Below are positions 1 to 9,947 of a stretch of DNA of 64,000 bases, piece after piece. The notes beneath the pieces are model-generated. The model was given only the letters and a program-made list of their open reading frames with translations. It was not told the DNA's origin and searched no databases. Numbering within the stretch: the first letter of the stretch is position 1; each line of letters opens with the position of its first letter. Source of the stretch: an uncultured Gemmatimonadales bacterium (GTDB lineage Bacteria > Gemmatimonadota > Gemmatimonadetes > Gemmatimonadales > Gemmatimonadaceae); assembly GCA_963793305.1 (NCBI GenBank), contig CAWBZV010000003.1, positions 896,001 to 960,000 on the forward strand. Direction: 5' to 3'. A program made the position numbers and the translations under genes.

Positions 1-177
1 GATGACCTCGTGCCCGACGAAGCTGAAGTACGGCTGTGCATCGGCGGCCTGCAGAATGCGCAGCCGCTCATACGCCGACGTAATCGCCCGATGACGCGCG
101 GGGTGCGAGGGGCTATAGAGCGCACTGGCGGACAGCGCCTGGGCGAGCGCATGCAGGAATGACGTCGCTTCGCTCAT
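1..177 (-). CDS. N-terminal part of a protein running off the window, probably HD/HD-GYP-type signalling protein
   Basis: ATG at 177 overlaps the upstream stop (ATGA). Open frame MSEATSFLHALAQALSASALYSPSHPARHRAI... to the window edge, with a YxxxHP motif also seen in the upstream protein. The HD-GYP guess comes from typical gene pairing only. Confidence 0.55.
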   Translation of the reverse strand, partial: MSEATSFLHALAQALSASALYSPSHPARHRAITSAYERLRILQAADAQPYFSFVGHEVI

Positions 178-2195
178 TGCGCCGCCTTCCGGATCTCACG
201 ATCCCCTGAGCGCGACGCCTGGGCGACGATCTTGATGACCTTGGGTTCGTCGGGCCAGCGAGTCTTGAGCGTCGCCAACGCCGCGAGCATCGCCCGGGAC
301 TTTGGCGCGAGCTTGTCTCGTCGCAACCACCGCGTGCGCTTCACCGCGAGCCCCCAGAGACACGTGAACGCCGCTGGCACCGTCGTGGAGCCGATCGCTT
401 GAATCGCCATCGTCTCGAGCTCCGTCGGGAGCGTCCCGGCCACGAGCTTCGCGACGAGCTTGGGAACGACCGCCGGCGGACACTCACGGAGCGCTGCGTC
501 GAGCCCCATGCGAATGAGCTGTGGGTCGTTGTCCGTCACGGCGACCGTGATCCCCATCACGCGCGTCTGCGCTCTCTTGAGCATCAGCTTGAGCGCCTCG
601 CGCCGCACGCGGACGTCAGAGTGCCCCGCGTAATCGGCGGCCGTGAAGTCGTCCGGCCACACCTCGAGCGTATTCATGAGAATCAGGAGGTTCCGCTGCG
701 CATACCACGGGGCGCCGGGCAACCGTTGCACGAGCGCTGGCCCGATCCCTTGGCCGAGGGCACCCAGGACGTCGAGGATGCGTCGGCGGGCGGCGCGGGA
801 GTCGGACTCGATGAGCGCGTCGAGCAACAGCTCGGTCGCCGATTGGCCAACGCGCTTCGCGAAGTCGCCGATACGCTTCACGTCGACGTTGGGCGACGCC
901 AGCAACTGCCGGAAGTGCTCCGGCGTCGCGATGCGCGTCCGGATCACGCCCGGGAGCGGGTTGTCCAATGGACACCAGTCCAGCGTGTCGAGGACGAACG
1001 TGATGTCCCCGCGCTCGATCAATGCGTCGATCGCCTCCCAGAGCGGCGGCGCCGTGTTCCTGAGCTCGAGGCAGATCTCGAGGATCCGCTCGGGCTCACT
1101 GACCTGCGTGATGCCCGATTGGATCGGGCCCGCCTGGACTGGGCGCGACAGGTCGTCGAGCGCGTCGCCATAGGCCTCGGACGTCGGGTCGGGCAGCGTC
1201 CACCCGTCGATGAGCTCGCGCACTTGATCGCGGAACGCGGCGTCGGTCGGCCCGCGGAGCGGGGGAGCGCCGCGCTGCGCGTGGCTGGCGAGCTTGACCA
1301 GGAGTCGCATCATGGGCTGCGAGATCACGCGCCGCGAGACGTTCGCGGCCGCGACCGCGATCGACATCACGGCCTCGATCGCCATGCCCGCGGTCGCGTC
1401 CATGAGGAACGCTCGCCGCTGGGAGAGGTCGCCGCCCATCGTCAGCAACCGCTGCAAGGCATCCGGGCTCAGATTCGCGACGAGGCTCGACACGCGACCG
1501 CGCAGGGCAACCGTGTCCTGTCCTTCGGTCGTACGCAGTTCGTCGGCGATCTGGAGCAGGTAGCCGACGACGACCTGCTCGTACGCATCCGTGCTCTTGA
1601 GGGTCGTTTGCTGGTTGATGGCATCGGCCATCGCTTTCGGATCGGTATTCGCCTGCGATTTGCCGTCGGCGGCGACGTTGAGCGCGGCTTGCGCGAGCGC
1701 GAGCCAGAGTTGCGCGGCGCGGGGCACGCGGCGTGGCTCGCCTTTGTTCGCGCCGGGCTCATCTTCGACGAGCGTCAGGCGGTCATAGGCCTGACGATAG
1801 AGCTGGATGTGATTCCAGATTGGCTCGGTGGCCGAAGCGGGGTCCGGCTCGCGCGCCAGGCGCATCAGGAGATCAGCGAGCTCCGCGGGCGTGAGACCCG
1901 GGATGAACTTGACGCCCGCGATCCGGTGGGAGTGCAGCCGGCCCGCGAGCGCGCGCAGAAGGTTATTGCGGGCGTCGGTGGCGACGCCGTCGATGATCAG
2001 TTGGTCGCGGGCGACGCCCACGGTGAGCGTGTGTCGCGTCGCGAACAGGGGACCGAGTCGCTCGAGCACGCGCTGCTCCAACGTCTCGAGCGACGGATGC
2101 CCGCCCGGGTACATCGCTCGCCGTTGAGAGCCGACTGCTAGCTCGAGCAGGAAATCGATCAGATCCTTGCTCGGCTGCGCGACAATAGTGGTCAC
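174..2195 (-). CDS. HEAT/ARM-repeat-containing protein (673 aa)
   Basis: Long helical ORF with C-terminal HEAT-like units (PWYAQRNLLILM, HSDVRVRREALKLM) and N-terminal MYPGGHP motif. Confidence 0.75.
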   Translation of the reverse strand: MTTIVAQPSKDLIDFLLELAVGSQRRAMYPGGHPSLETLEQRVLERLGPLFATRHTLTVGVARDQLIIDGVATDARNNLLRALAGRLHSHRIAGVKFIPGLTPAELADLLMRLAREPDPASATEPIWNHIQLYRQAYDRLTLVEDEPGANKGEPRRVPRAAQLWLALAQAALNVAADGKSQANTDPKAMADAINQQTTLKSTDAYEQVVVGYLLQIADELRTTEGQDTVALRGRVSSLVANLSPDALQRLLTMGGDLSQRRAFLMDATAGMAIEAVMSIAVAAANVSRRVISQPMMRLLVKLASHAQRGAPPLRGPTDAAFRDQVRELIDGWTLPDPTSEAYGDALDDLSRPVQAGPIQSGITQVSEPERILEICLELRNTAPPLWEAIDALIERGDITFVLDTLDWCPLDNPLPGVIRTRIATPEHFRQLLASPNVDVKRIGDFAKRVGQSATELLLDALIESDSRAARRRILDVLGALGQGIGPALVQRLPGAPWYAQRNLLILMNTLEVWPDDFTAADYAGHSDVRVRREALKLMLKRAQTRVMGITVAVTDNDPQLIRMGLDAALRECPPAVVPKLVAKLVAGTLPTELETMAIQAIGSTTVPAAFTCLWGLAVKRTRWLRRDKLAPKSRAMLAALATLKTRWPDEPKVIKIVAQASRSGDREIRKAAQ

Positions 2196-2220
2196 GCTTA
2201 GACGACGACTTCCCTCTCAA

Positions 2221-2236
2221 ATTGGAACGTTCCAAT
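2221..2236. promoter_or_regulatory. Perfect 16-bp palindrome, LacI-family-like operator
   Basis: ATTGGAACGTTCCAAT with central CG, in the short gap upstream of the HEAT gene. Confidence 0.55.
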
Positions 2237-2248
2237 GTTCCGTAAATG

Positions 2249-3142
2249 CTACACGGCCGTCGCTGCCATCCCCATCACATGATATCCCTTGTCGACGTAC
2301 ACCGTGGTACCAGTGATCCCACTGCCCAGCGGGCTCGCCAGGAAGGCGGCAACGTGCCCAACTTCTTCGGCGTCCAAAGCCTCGGGCAGAGGGGTGTTCG
2401 CGGCGCAGTACTCGACCATCCGTTCAATAATGCCGATCGCGCTCGCGGCTCTCGACGCGAGAGGGCCAGCCGAGATGGTATTGACTCGCACACCAAATTT
2501 GCGCCCGGCCTCGTATGCGAGCACCCGGGTGTCGCTCTCCAGGGCGGCCTTGGCGCTGCTCATCCCTCCGCCATATCCGGGGATCACTCGCTCACTCGCC
2601 ATATACGTCAGCGACAGCACCGAGCCGCCAGGCCGCATGAGGGGACCGAGCCGATTCACGACCGCCACGAGCGAGTACGCGCTCACGCTCAGTGCCGTGA
2701 GGTATCCCGCACGGCTGGTCTCGAGCAGCGGCTTTCTCACTTCAGGAGCGTTGGCCAGCGAATGGACGACGATATCGAGAGGTTGGGAGCCGAAGTCGGC
2801 GGTGATACGCTCCACGAGCCCGGAGATCGTAAAGTCCCCAACGTCCTTGTACCGCTTATTCGTCGCGATATCCGCGGGGACGTCAGCCAGCGTGTCGTAC
2901 GCGGCGTCGAGCGGATAAATCTTCTCGAAATTGAGCTTCGACCCATCGCGCATGGTGCGCGACTCATCCAACTTGCCACGTTCGATCAAATTCAAGAAGA
3001 TATTGAGCGCCGGCGGCCACGTCCCGACGGAAACGCTGGCGCCTGCCTCGGCCATCGCTTTCGCGATCGCGAATCCAAATCCGGCGTCGTCCGCCACACC
3101 CAGGACGAGGGCGCGCTTGCCCGCGAGGTCGATAGGGAGCAT
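2249..3142 (-). CDS. fabI: Enoyl-ACP reductase, plant/chlamydial-type FabI
   Basis: [45 protein letters not shown] and [11 protein letters not shown] are characteristic of this ENR subtype. Confidence 0.95.
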   Translation of the reverse strand: MLPIDLAGKRALVLGVADDAGFGFAIAKAMAEAGASVSVGTWPPALNIFLNLIERGKLDESRTMRDGSKLNFEKIYPLDAAYDTLADVPADIATNKRYKDVGDFTISGLVERITADFGSQPLDIVVHSLANAPEVRKPLLETSRAGYLTALSVSAYSLVAVVNRLGPLMRPGGSVLSLTYMASERVIPGYGGGMSSAKAALESDTRVLAYEAGRKFGVRVNTISAGPLASRAASAIGIIERMVEYCAANTPLPEALDAEEVGHVAAFLASPLGSGITGTTVYVDKGYHVMGMAATAV

Positions 3143-4316
3143 GGCTCAAGATAGTCGCCCCGGTCCGTCCTTCGCCCGTGGCCTGTGGCGCGTCGCGGCC
3201 GCCGATGTCTCGAGCGGCAACCGCGTCCGTTTGCTGCGCGACGGAGCGCCGACGTTCGACGCGATGGTCGAGATGATCGACAGCGCGCAGTCGGCCGTGG
3301 ACCTCGAGCAGTACATCTTTCGCGCCGACGAGGTCGGCCAGCGCGTCGCGGATGCCCTGACCACCGCGGCGGCTCGCGGTGTCACGTGTCGCGTGCTCGT
3401 CGATTGGATCGGCATTCGCGGCACACCATGGTCGTTCTTCCGCCGCCTGCGCACCGCGGGCATCACCGTGCGGGTGTTCAACCCGTTCGGATGGCGGCGG
3501 TGGCTCGGCGTCGTGCCGCGTGATCACCGCAAACTCCTCGCCGTCGACGGGGCCCGTGGCGTCACCGGTGGCATCGGCATCGGCAAGGAATGGCGCACCG
3601 GCGTCCTCAAGCGCCGCCGATCTCCCTGGCGCGACACCGCGGTCTGCATCGAAGGGCCAGCGGGCGCCGACATGACCCGCGCGTTCGAGCACATGTGGAA
3701 ACGCGCCGCTCCGCGGCGCGTCGATGCGGCGCAAGCGCCGCTCGACTGGTCGGTTGGACAGATCTCGGCTGCGCCGAGCTCCTACGGCACCGAACGCCGG
3801 GGGTCGGCGCGTCTGATGACTCGCAAGGCTCGTGGTACGCACCTCGACCCGACGACCGACGAGCCGGCGCTCGTTGGCCTTATTGAAGGCGAACCCGGTC
3901 GCCTCCGCGTCTCACGCGCCCTCCAGATCCAATCCGTCTCGGCCGAGAAATCGATCTGGATCGCGAGCGCGTATTTCGTCCCGTCGTTCTCGGAAGTCGA
4001 AGCGCTCACGGGCGCCGCGCGCGATGGAGTGGATGTCCGTCTCTTAGTCCCGTCTCGCTACGACCATCCATGGGTACGCCTGATGACGGTGCACTTCTAT
4101 CGGCGCCTGCTCATGAACGGCGTCCGCATTTGGGAATGGGCGGGCGAGATGATGCACGCGAAGACGAGCGTGGTCGACAGTCGCTACACACGAGTAGGCT
4201 CCACAGACCTGAACCCGCTCGGTCTCGCGATCAACTTCGAGCTCGACGCGGTCATCGAAGATGCCGCGTTCGGAGAGCAAGCCGAGCAGATGTTCTTGTC
4301 GGACCTGGATCAGTAG
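3141..4316 (+). CDS. cls: Cardiolipin synthase / phospholipase D family (ClsB-like)
   Basis: Two HKD motifs ([19 protein letters not shown]). Start uncertain. A 1-nt insertion near 4314 probably hides a ...[12 protein letters not shown] end at 4341. Confidence 0.9.
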   Translation: MAQDSRPGPSFARGLWRVAAADVSSGNRVRLLRDGAPTFDAMVEMIDSAQSAVDLEQYIFRADEVGQRVADALTTAAARGVTCRVLVDWIGIRGTPWSFFRRLRTAGITVRVFNPFGWRRWLGVVPRDHRKLLAVDGARGVTGGIGIGKEWRTGVLKRRRSPWRDTAVCIEGPAGADMTRAFEHMWKRAAPRRVDAAQAPLDWSVGQISAAPSSYGTERRGSARLMTRKARGTHLDPTTDEPALVGLIEGEPGRLRVSRALQIQSVSAEKSIWIASAYFVPSFSEVEALTGAARDGVDVRLLVPSRYDHPWVRLMTVHFYRRLLMNGVRIWEWAGEMMHAKTSVVDSRYTRVGSTDLNPLGLAINFELDAVIEDAAFGEQAEQMFLSDLDQ

Positions 4317-4324
4317 TAAGGAGA

Positions 4325-5491
4325 TCACGCGCGTTCCGTGATCGCCGCGCTGGCTATCCGCGCCGCTTCGGCCAGCACCGCCGCGCCGACGAAGATGCTG
4401 TCCTCGGCCGCATAGAACCGCGGCGAATGCGCGGCGTGTCGTTCGCCGCCGGGCTCGCGCGCGCCGATCCGCAAGAAGGCGCCGGGGATGTGCTCCAAGT
4501 ACACGGCGAAGTCCTCGCCACCCATGTTCGTGGTCCCGAGCGGAACGACGCCCTGGGGCCCAAGCACGCGAACGGCGGCCTCGCGCGCCCATCCGGCCGC
4601 ATCGGTCGGGTTGACCAACGGTGGCGTGCCCTTGTTGAGCGTGACCTTGGCGGTAAGCCGGTACGCTCCGCCAACGTCCCGCGCGAGCCGCTCGACTTCG
4701 CCGTTGAGCAGCGATCGGGTATCAGGATCGGTCGCCCGCACGGTTCCGGTGAGGGTCGCGGTCTCGGGGATAATGTTCGGCGCCGTGCCGGCCTGAATCG
4801 TTCCGACGGTGACGACGCCAGGCGCGGCCGGCGAGAGGCGCCGGGACACGATTGTCTGCAACGCCGTCACCAGCGCCGCTGCGCCGACTATTGGGTCGGC
4901 GGACTCGTGTGGCCGCGCCCCGTGCGCGCCGCGTCCAGTGAGCACGATCTCGAACGTGTCGGCCGAGGCCGCGAGCGGGCCGGCGTCGGCCACGACCTCG
5001 CCTACTTGGAATCGCCGGTCGACGTGCCCGCCGAAGATCGCGCGGACGCCTTCCAGCGCGCCGCTCGCCACGATCGCCCGCGCGCCCTCGCCGACTTCCT
5101 CGGCCGGCTGAAAGACAACCGTCACGTCTCCCGCCGCGCGGTCCTTCGCGAGGAGCACGGCCGCGCCGACGGCCCACGTGGCGTGGATGTCGTGGCCGCA
5201 GGCGTGCATCACGCCTTTGTGCTCCGACGAGTACGGGAGCCCGGTCGCTTCTTCGATCGGCAGCGCGTCGATGTCCCCACGGACGGCGGTCTGTGCGCCG
5301 CCGCGGGTCCCCGGGATCCGCGCAATCAGGCCCGTGTCGGCCACGTGCTCGACATCGCTCACCCCGAGCTGTCGCAAAGCATGCTCGATGCGGCGCGCGG
5401 TCTCGGTCTCGCGCCAGGACAGCTCCGGAAACCGATGCAGCTCCCGCCGGAGCGCAATCAGCGCGGCGCGTTCGTCGTCGGTAAATGGCAC
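4325..5491 (-). CDS. M20 family amidohydrolase
   Basis: RRELHRFPELS, RGDIDALP, MHACGHDIH, FQPAEE, GGEDFA motifs; GTG start chosen at 5491. Confidence 0.93.
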   Translation of the reverse strand: MPFTDDERAALIALRRELHRFPELSWRETETARRIEHALRQLGVSDVEHVADTGLIARIPGTRGGAQTAVRGDIDALPIEEATGLPYSSEHKGVMHACGHDIHATWAVGAAVLLAKDRAAGDVTVVFQPAEEVGEGARAIVASGALEGVRAIFGGHVDRRFQVGEVVADAGPLAASADTFEIVLTGRGAHGARPHESADPIVGAAALVTALQTIVSRRLSPAAPGVVTVGTIQAGTAPNIIPETATLTGTVRATDPDTRSLLNGEVERLARDVGGAYRLTAKVTLNKGTPPLVNPTDAAGWAREAAVRVLGPQGVVPLGTTNMGGEDFAVYLEHIPGAFLRIGAREPGGERHAAHSPRFYAAEDSIFVGAAVLAEAARIASAAITERA

Positions 5492-5534
5492 ACCGGAGCT
5501 TGCGCCACGGCCCGCGAAGTGGCAAGAGTGCACC

Positions 5535-6110
5535 GTGCCGAATGCTTTGTTTGTCTTTTCGAGGGTCGAGGGCCCGGCGGCCGAGTGGATCCGGGATGTC
5601 CAGCTGCGCTATGACCCAAAGCTGGCGGCGATGCACGAGCCGCACCTGACGCTGGCCGGTTCGTCAGGCGTCGGCCCGATCGCCCCTTCGACTCCGATCG
5701 ACGAGGTCCGCGCCGCGATGATCCGTGTGGCGACCGAAACACCGCCCCTCTCGTTGCGATTCAGGCCACCAACGCGCTTCATGCAAACCGAGATCGTGAG
5801 CCTCCCGCTCGATCCGAACGGCCCGATCCGCGATCTACACGAACGCATTGCGCGCAGCGGCCTCTCCTTCGCTCGCGCGCGATTCACGTTCACGCCGCAC
5901 GTGACGCTGAGCTTCTATCCGACGCTCACCCGCGAGCGCGCCCGCGAGCTGCTCTCGCTCCGCATCGACGACCCGGCCGTCTTCACGACCCTGACCGTCT
6001 CGGCCACCGACGACCCGATGCCGCCGCAGCCGCTGTTCGAGCTACCGTTCGGAGGCGTCGGGGGGCGGTCCCCAGACGATCCCATCGCGAGTTCGGACGA
6101 GCATGGGTAA
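5535..6110 (+). CDS. 2H phosphoesterase (2'-5' RNA ligase family)
   Basis: Two HxT motifs (PHLTL, PHVTL) about 85 aa apart; GTG start at 5535. Confidence 0.85.
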   Translation: MPNALFVFSRVEGPAAEWIRDVQLRYDPKLAAMHEPHLTLAGSSGVGPIAPSTPIDEVRAAMIRVATETPPLSLRFRPPTRFMQTEIVSLPLDPNGPIRDLHERIARSGLSFARARFTFTPHVTLSFYPTLTRERARELLSLRIDDPAVFTTLTVSATDDPMPPQPLFELPFGGVGGRSPDDPIASSDEHG

Positions 6111-7550
6111 GTGGAGGAGCGCCGCGATCGTATCCGGCGTCGCATAACGGCTCATCTCTTCTGGACGGAGCGAGAATGTCGGCAGCCGCGAGGGCCAGCC
6201 GATCAGCACGCCGTGCGTGCGGGTCATTGCGGCACCGAGCGCCTTGATCGTGTCGGTGTTGAACACGAGCGGCAGGTTCCGTGTCCTCCGATCCGTCACG
6301 CGCCAGACGCGGGCATTCCAGTTCGTGTAGATCTCGCGGTGATACGGGTCCGCGCGCACCCAGGACAGAACCGCCGATGCCCGTGCCGTCGCATCATAGA
6401 CGAGCGTCTCGCGCGCCGCATCGCTTAAGAATTTCGCGCTCCCGTACGTGGCCGCGCCGAGCCAGGCGACAATGGTCGCGGTCACCAGGATTCTGTGCCT
6501 CGGCCAGGTCACTCCAACGCTCGTCGCCGCCGCGATGGCGAGCAACACGTCGGTCACGGAGAAATTGCGGAGCTCGAAATTGTTCGGCCAATCCATCACG
6601 AGGCGGTCGGTGATGTAGACCAGATTGTAGAGCACGAACACGAGGCCGAGGACGGTCAACAACGGCCTGGCCCTTGTGTCTCGCCAAGCACACACGAGTA
6701 GCGCCACGAACAGCGCGACCATGATGACCTTGACGAGGACAACCCAAGCCCCGGACACCGTGTCGGGCATAGGCCAAAACCACCAGAGATTGATGCCCAG
6801 AAGTTTTCGCAAGAGCGGCATGGCGGGCCCATACCACCCAAAGTGTCGCGCATCGCCGCCGTGATTCGCGGCCACATACGCCAGCCAGATCCCTTCGAGG
6901 ACGACGCTCGGCACGAACGCCAGCGTTGCGCGCGCAACGCGCACGCGTAAAGTCCCGGGTCGCGAGAAGGCCCACAGAGTGGCGGCGCCGGTGAGCGCGA
7001 CTCCAATGAGCCTGACGCCGAGCGAGAGAGCCGCAGCGGCGCCGTAGGTGAGCGGCCGGTCGGGTCGCTTGACCATCAAAGCGATCGTCGCCACAACGAA
7101 CACCGTAAACACGGGCTCACTGAACACTATTGTGTGCGTGAACACGACAAACGGCGAGATCATCACCATGATCCCGGCCAGTGCACCGGCGAGGGTCCCG
7201 ACGATGCTGGCCACGAGCAGCACGGTGATGCCGACCGTGAGCCCGAGGCTGACCGCACGAACGATCTTCGCCGCCGCATTCGGTGTCGAGCCGAGTTTGA
7301 TCGCGGTGCCCAGGGCGATGCTGAACCCAGGCGGATAGTGCGACGTGACCCCCAACGAGTCAGCGATGCCACCCTCCCACGGTCCGATGGGCGCCCGTAT
7401 CCCGCCGCCATGCGCAAACGTCTCGGCCGAGCCCAAATAGAACATGACGTCACCAGAGTCGGCCCACGACTTGGACTCTGGAGCCACGAGGATGCCGGCG
7501 GTGGCGAGACCCGCGAGCACCAGGGCGACGATCGTGGCGTGCGACCTCAC
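6042..7550 (-). CDS. Polytopic membrane protein, GT-C-like (ArnT/PMT-like) glycosyltransferase
   Basis: About 11-13 TM segments, acidic loop after TM1 (ADSGDVMFY), YPPGF and SEP motifs; paralog of 9917-11425. Confidence 0.65.
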   Translation of the reverse strand: MRSHATIVALVLAGLATAGILVAPESKSWADSGDVMFYLGSAETFAHGGGIRAPIGPWEGGIADSLGVTSHYPPGFSIALGTAIKLGSTPNAAAKIVRAVSLGLTVGITVLLVASIVGTLAGALAGIMVMISPFVVFTHTIVFSEPVFTVFVVATIALMVKRPDRPLTYGAAAALSLGVRLIGVALTGAATLWAFSRPGTLRVRVARATLAFVPSVVLEGIWLAYVAANHGGDARHFGWYGPAMPLLRKLLGINLWWFWPMPDTVSGAWVVLVKVIMVALFVALLVCAWRDTRARPLLTVLGLVFVLYNLVYITDRLVMDWPNNFELRNFSVTDVLLAIAAATSVGVTWPRHRILVTATIVAWLGAATYGSAKFLSDAARETLVYDATARASAVLSWVRADPYHREIYTNWNARVWRVTDRRTRNLPLVFNTDTIKALGAAMTRTHGVLIGWPSRLPTFSLRPEEMSRYATPDTIAALLHLPMLVRTRDGIVWGPPPDASER

Positions 7551-7574
7551 GGGCTCAAGTATAGGTTCCGTGGC
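7551..7574. promoter_or_regulatory. Compact bidirectional promoter for two leaderless genes
   Basis: Minus strand TATACT-7 nt-GTG(7550); plus strand TAGGTT(7562-7567)-7 nt-GTG(7575); 24-bp gap without SD. Confidence 0.6.
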
Positions 7575-8744
7575 GTGATCGAGGTATCGGTCGTGATGCC
7601 CTGCCTCAACGAGGCAGAGACCGTGGGCCAGTGCGTGGCCAAAGCGCGCGCGGCGTTGTCGTCGCACGGCGTCGAAGGCGAGGTCATCGTCGCCGACAAC
7701 GGGAGCACCGACGGCTCGCAGGCGATCGCGACGGCGGCCGGCGCGCGGGTCGTTCCCGTGACCGAGCGCGGATACGGGAACGCGCTGATGGGCGGGATCG
7801 CCGCGGCCCAAGGCACGTACGTCGTCATGGGCGACGCCGACATGTCGTATGATTTTGGGGAGCTTCCCCGGTTTATAGGAAAGCTCCGGGATGGCGACGA
7901 GCTGGTGCAGGGATGTCGGCTGGCTGGCGGGGGAGGGACTGTGCTGCCTGGCGCGATGCCACCGCTGCACCGGTTCTGGGGCAACCCGATGTTCTCGTGG
8001 ATGGCACGCATGTGGTTCGGCGCCCCGATCCATGATGTTCATTGTGGACTGCGAGGGTTCACCGCTGATCTCTATCGCCGGCTCGATCTCACGTGCACGG
8101 GGATGGAGTTCGCGTCCGAGATGGTCATCAAGGCCAGCCTCGCGCGGGCGCGGATCAGCGAGGTGCCGATCACGCTGCACCCTGATGGCCGCCGCGGGCG
8201 GAAGCCGCACTTGCGCACGTTCCGCGACGGCTGGCGACATCTGAGCTTCTATCTGATCTACAGCCCGCGCTGGCTATTCCTCGCGCCGGGACTGGCACTC
8301 GTCCTGCTTGGGGTCCTCGGTTACGCGATCGCCATGCCGGGTCTCCGCATCAACGGGGTGACGTTCGACGTGTCGACGCTGCTCTTCGCGAGCCTCGGCT
8401 TCATCGCCGGGTACCAGTCGATCGTCTTCGCGGTGCTGACGAAAGTGTTCGCGATTGTCGAGGGTCTCTTGCCGCCCGACCCACGGATCGACCGCCTCGC
8501 GCGGATTTTCGAGCTGGAACGCGGCCTCGTGATCGGCATGTTGGTCGGAGCCGCCGGCATCGTCTTGCTCCTCATCGCCGTTTTGCAGTGGCGCGCGAAG
8601 GGTTTCGGCCCGCTCGATTACGAGGTGACGTTGCGCTGGGTCATTCCTGGCGTCACGCTAGCCGTTGTCGGTCTGCAGACGATCCTGGGCAGCTTCTACT
8701 TGCGGATCCTTCAGCTCGCGCGGCGGCACCAGACGAGGTACTGA
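7575..8744 (+). CDS. GT2 polyprenyl-phosphate sugar synthase (DPM1-like) with C-terminal TMs
   Basis: VSVVMPCLNE, ADNGSTDGS, MGDADMSY, MEFASEMV, HLRTFRDGWRH. Confidence 0.92.
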   Translation: MIEVSVVMPCLNEAETVGQCVAKARAALSSHGVEGEVIVADNGSTDGSQAIATAAGARVVPVTERGYGNALMGGIAAAQGTYVVMGDADMSYDFGELPRFIGKLRDGDELVQGCRLAGGGGTVLPGAMPPLHRFWGNPMFSWMARMWFGAPIHDVHCGLRGFTADLYRRLDLTCTGMEFASEMVIKASLARARISEVPITLHPDGRRGRKPHLRTFRDGWRHLSFYLIYSPRWLFLAPGLALVLLGVLGYAIAMPGLRINGVTFDVSTLLFASLGFIAGYQSIVFAVLTKVFAIVEGLLPPDPRIDRLARIFELERGLVIGMLVGAAGIVLLLIAVLQWRAKGFGPLDYEVTLRWVIPGVTLAVVGLQTILGSFYLRILQLARRHQTRY

Positions 8745-9388
8745 CCGCCAAGCGGTAGTCGCGACAGCGCCGGCTCCAGCCCTCTTAAAGCTGCCAGCAT
8801 TCGCGGAAAGAAGAATCGCGAGCTCGTTTCCATCACCTGAAACCCACCAGCCGTGAGCATGGCGCGCGCCTCGGGAGGCGTCAGCGTGATCGCGTCCTTG
8901 TCGAAGCTCACGCGGCTCATGATGTAGCGCGTGCCGGGATTCCAGGGATTGTTCTCCCAGAACGCGAATATCCCACCGGGTCTCAGCGCGGCGTACACGA
9001 ATCGCACCGCGGCGTCTCTCTCGGCCGGCGGTATGTGATGAAACACTCCGTTGGTGAACGCGAGATCGAATGGTCCGTGTACGTCCTCCGGCGGGACGAA
9101 GCGCGCGCGTGCTGACCCGTATTCCTCTCGCGCCCGTTCGAGTGATCGCGCCGAGACGTCGGCACCGGTGACCTCGGCGGCGTTGAGAGACGCGAAGATG
9201 TGAGGCGTCGCGTGGCCAACGCCGCAGCCGAAGTCGAGCACGCGCTTGACTTGGATGCCATCTCGCTCGACCAATCGTCGCACCCAGTCGAGCCGCTCCC
9301 GCGCATAGTACGCCATGCTTTCGCCGGTCACCGAGAGACCCCGCGCGAGCTCTTCCTCGTATCGGTCCGCGCACCCGTCGAACATCAC
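8711..9388 (-). CDS. Class I SAM-dependent methyltransferase
   Basis: VLDFGCGVG, GVFHHIP, LRPGG motifs. Confidence 0.9.
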   Translation of the reverse strand: MMFDGCADRYEEELARGLSVTGESMAYYARERLDWVRRLVERDGIQVKRVLDFGCGVGHATPHIFASLNAAEVTGADVSARSLERAREEYGSARARFVPPEDVHGPFDLAFTNGVFHHIPPAERDAAVRFVYAALRPGGIFAFWENNPWNPGTRYIMSRVSFDKDAITLTPPEARAMLTAGGFQVMETSSRFFFPRMLAALRGLEPALSRLPLGGQYLVWCRRAS

Positions 9389-9867
9389 TGGAGCGCCTTT
9401 CGCACCGCCGCATCGACATCCTGTGTCGGGCCGGTCCCGGTATACACGACGGTCCCGTGCCGGTCGACGGCAACGAGGTACAATGTCCCAGGCACGTTAT
9501 ACGCGTCGACCGCCGCCCCATTCCCATCGAACAACACAGTCCCAGCGATGCCGTGCTCGCGCGCGAATTGCTTGACGTCATCGGGTGTCTCGTCAACGTC
9601 CACCGCCACGGTCACGAACGTCACACGCCCCTGATACTTATCGGCAGCCGCATGCAACGCCGGCGCCAGCTCGCGACAGTTGCCGCACCATTTCGCCCAG
9701 AACTCGATGACGGTCGGTGTGTGGCCGAGGAATTTGCGGACATCCGTGGCCTTGCCGTCGAGCGTTGTCACCCCGGCGCCCGGCGCGTGCTGGCCGACGG
9801 CGATCCCTTGTGCGCTCGCCGTCAATGTCAGGATGCCAACTGCGCCAACTATCGTACGTATTCCCAT
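9385..9867 (-). CDS. TlpA-family thiol-disulfide oxidoreductase, exported
   Basis: FWAKWCGNC CxxC motif and N-terminal signal peptide. Confidence 0.9.
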   Translation of the reverse strand: MGIRTIVGAVGILTLTASAQGIAVGQHAPGAGVTTLDGKATDVRKFLGHTPTVIEFWAKWCGNCRELAPALHAAADKYQGRVTFVTVAVDVDETPDDVKQFAREHGIAGTVLFDGNGAAVDAYNVPGTLYLVAVDRHGTVVYTGTGPTQDVDAAVRKALQ

Positions 9868-9947
9868 ACGATCCCCTCGGCGCTCGCCGTCAATGTCAGG
9901 ATGCCGACTGCCCCAACTATCGTTCGTATTCCCATACGATGCCTTCG
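9812..9947. repeat. 68-bp tandem duplication of a gene junction
   Basis: 9812-9879 versus 9880-9947 with 5 mismatches; creates a 28-aa ORF at 9849-9935 (-). Confidence 0.95.

Noticed and set aside
399..2141. Long antisense ORFs (also 43473-46166, 50895-52385, 4070-5614)
   Set aside because: These are shadows of real genes on the opposite strand, expected in high-GC DNA, and show no recognisable motifs.
9812..9947. CRISPR-like array
   Set aside because: Two directly abutting copies, no spacers and no cas genes.
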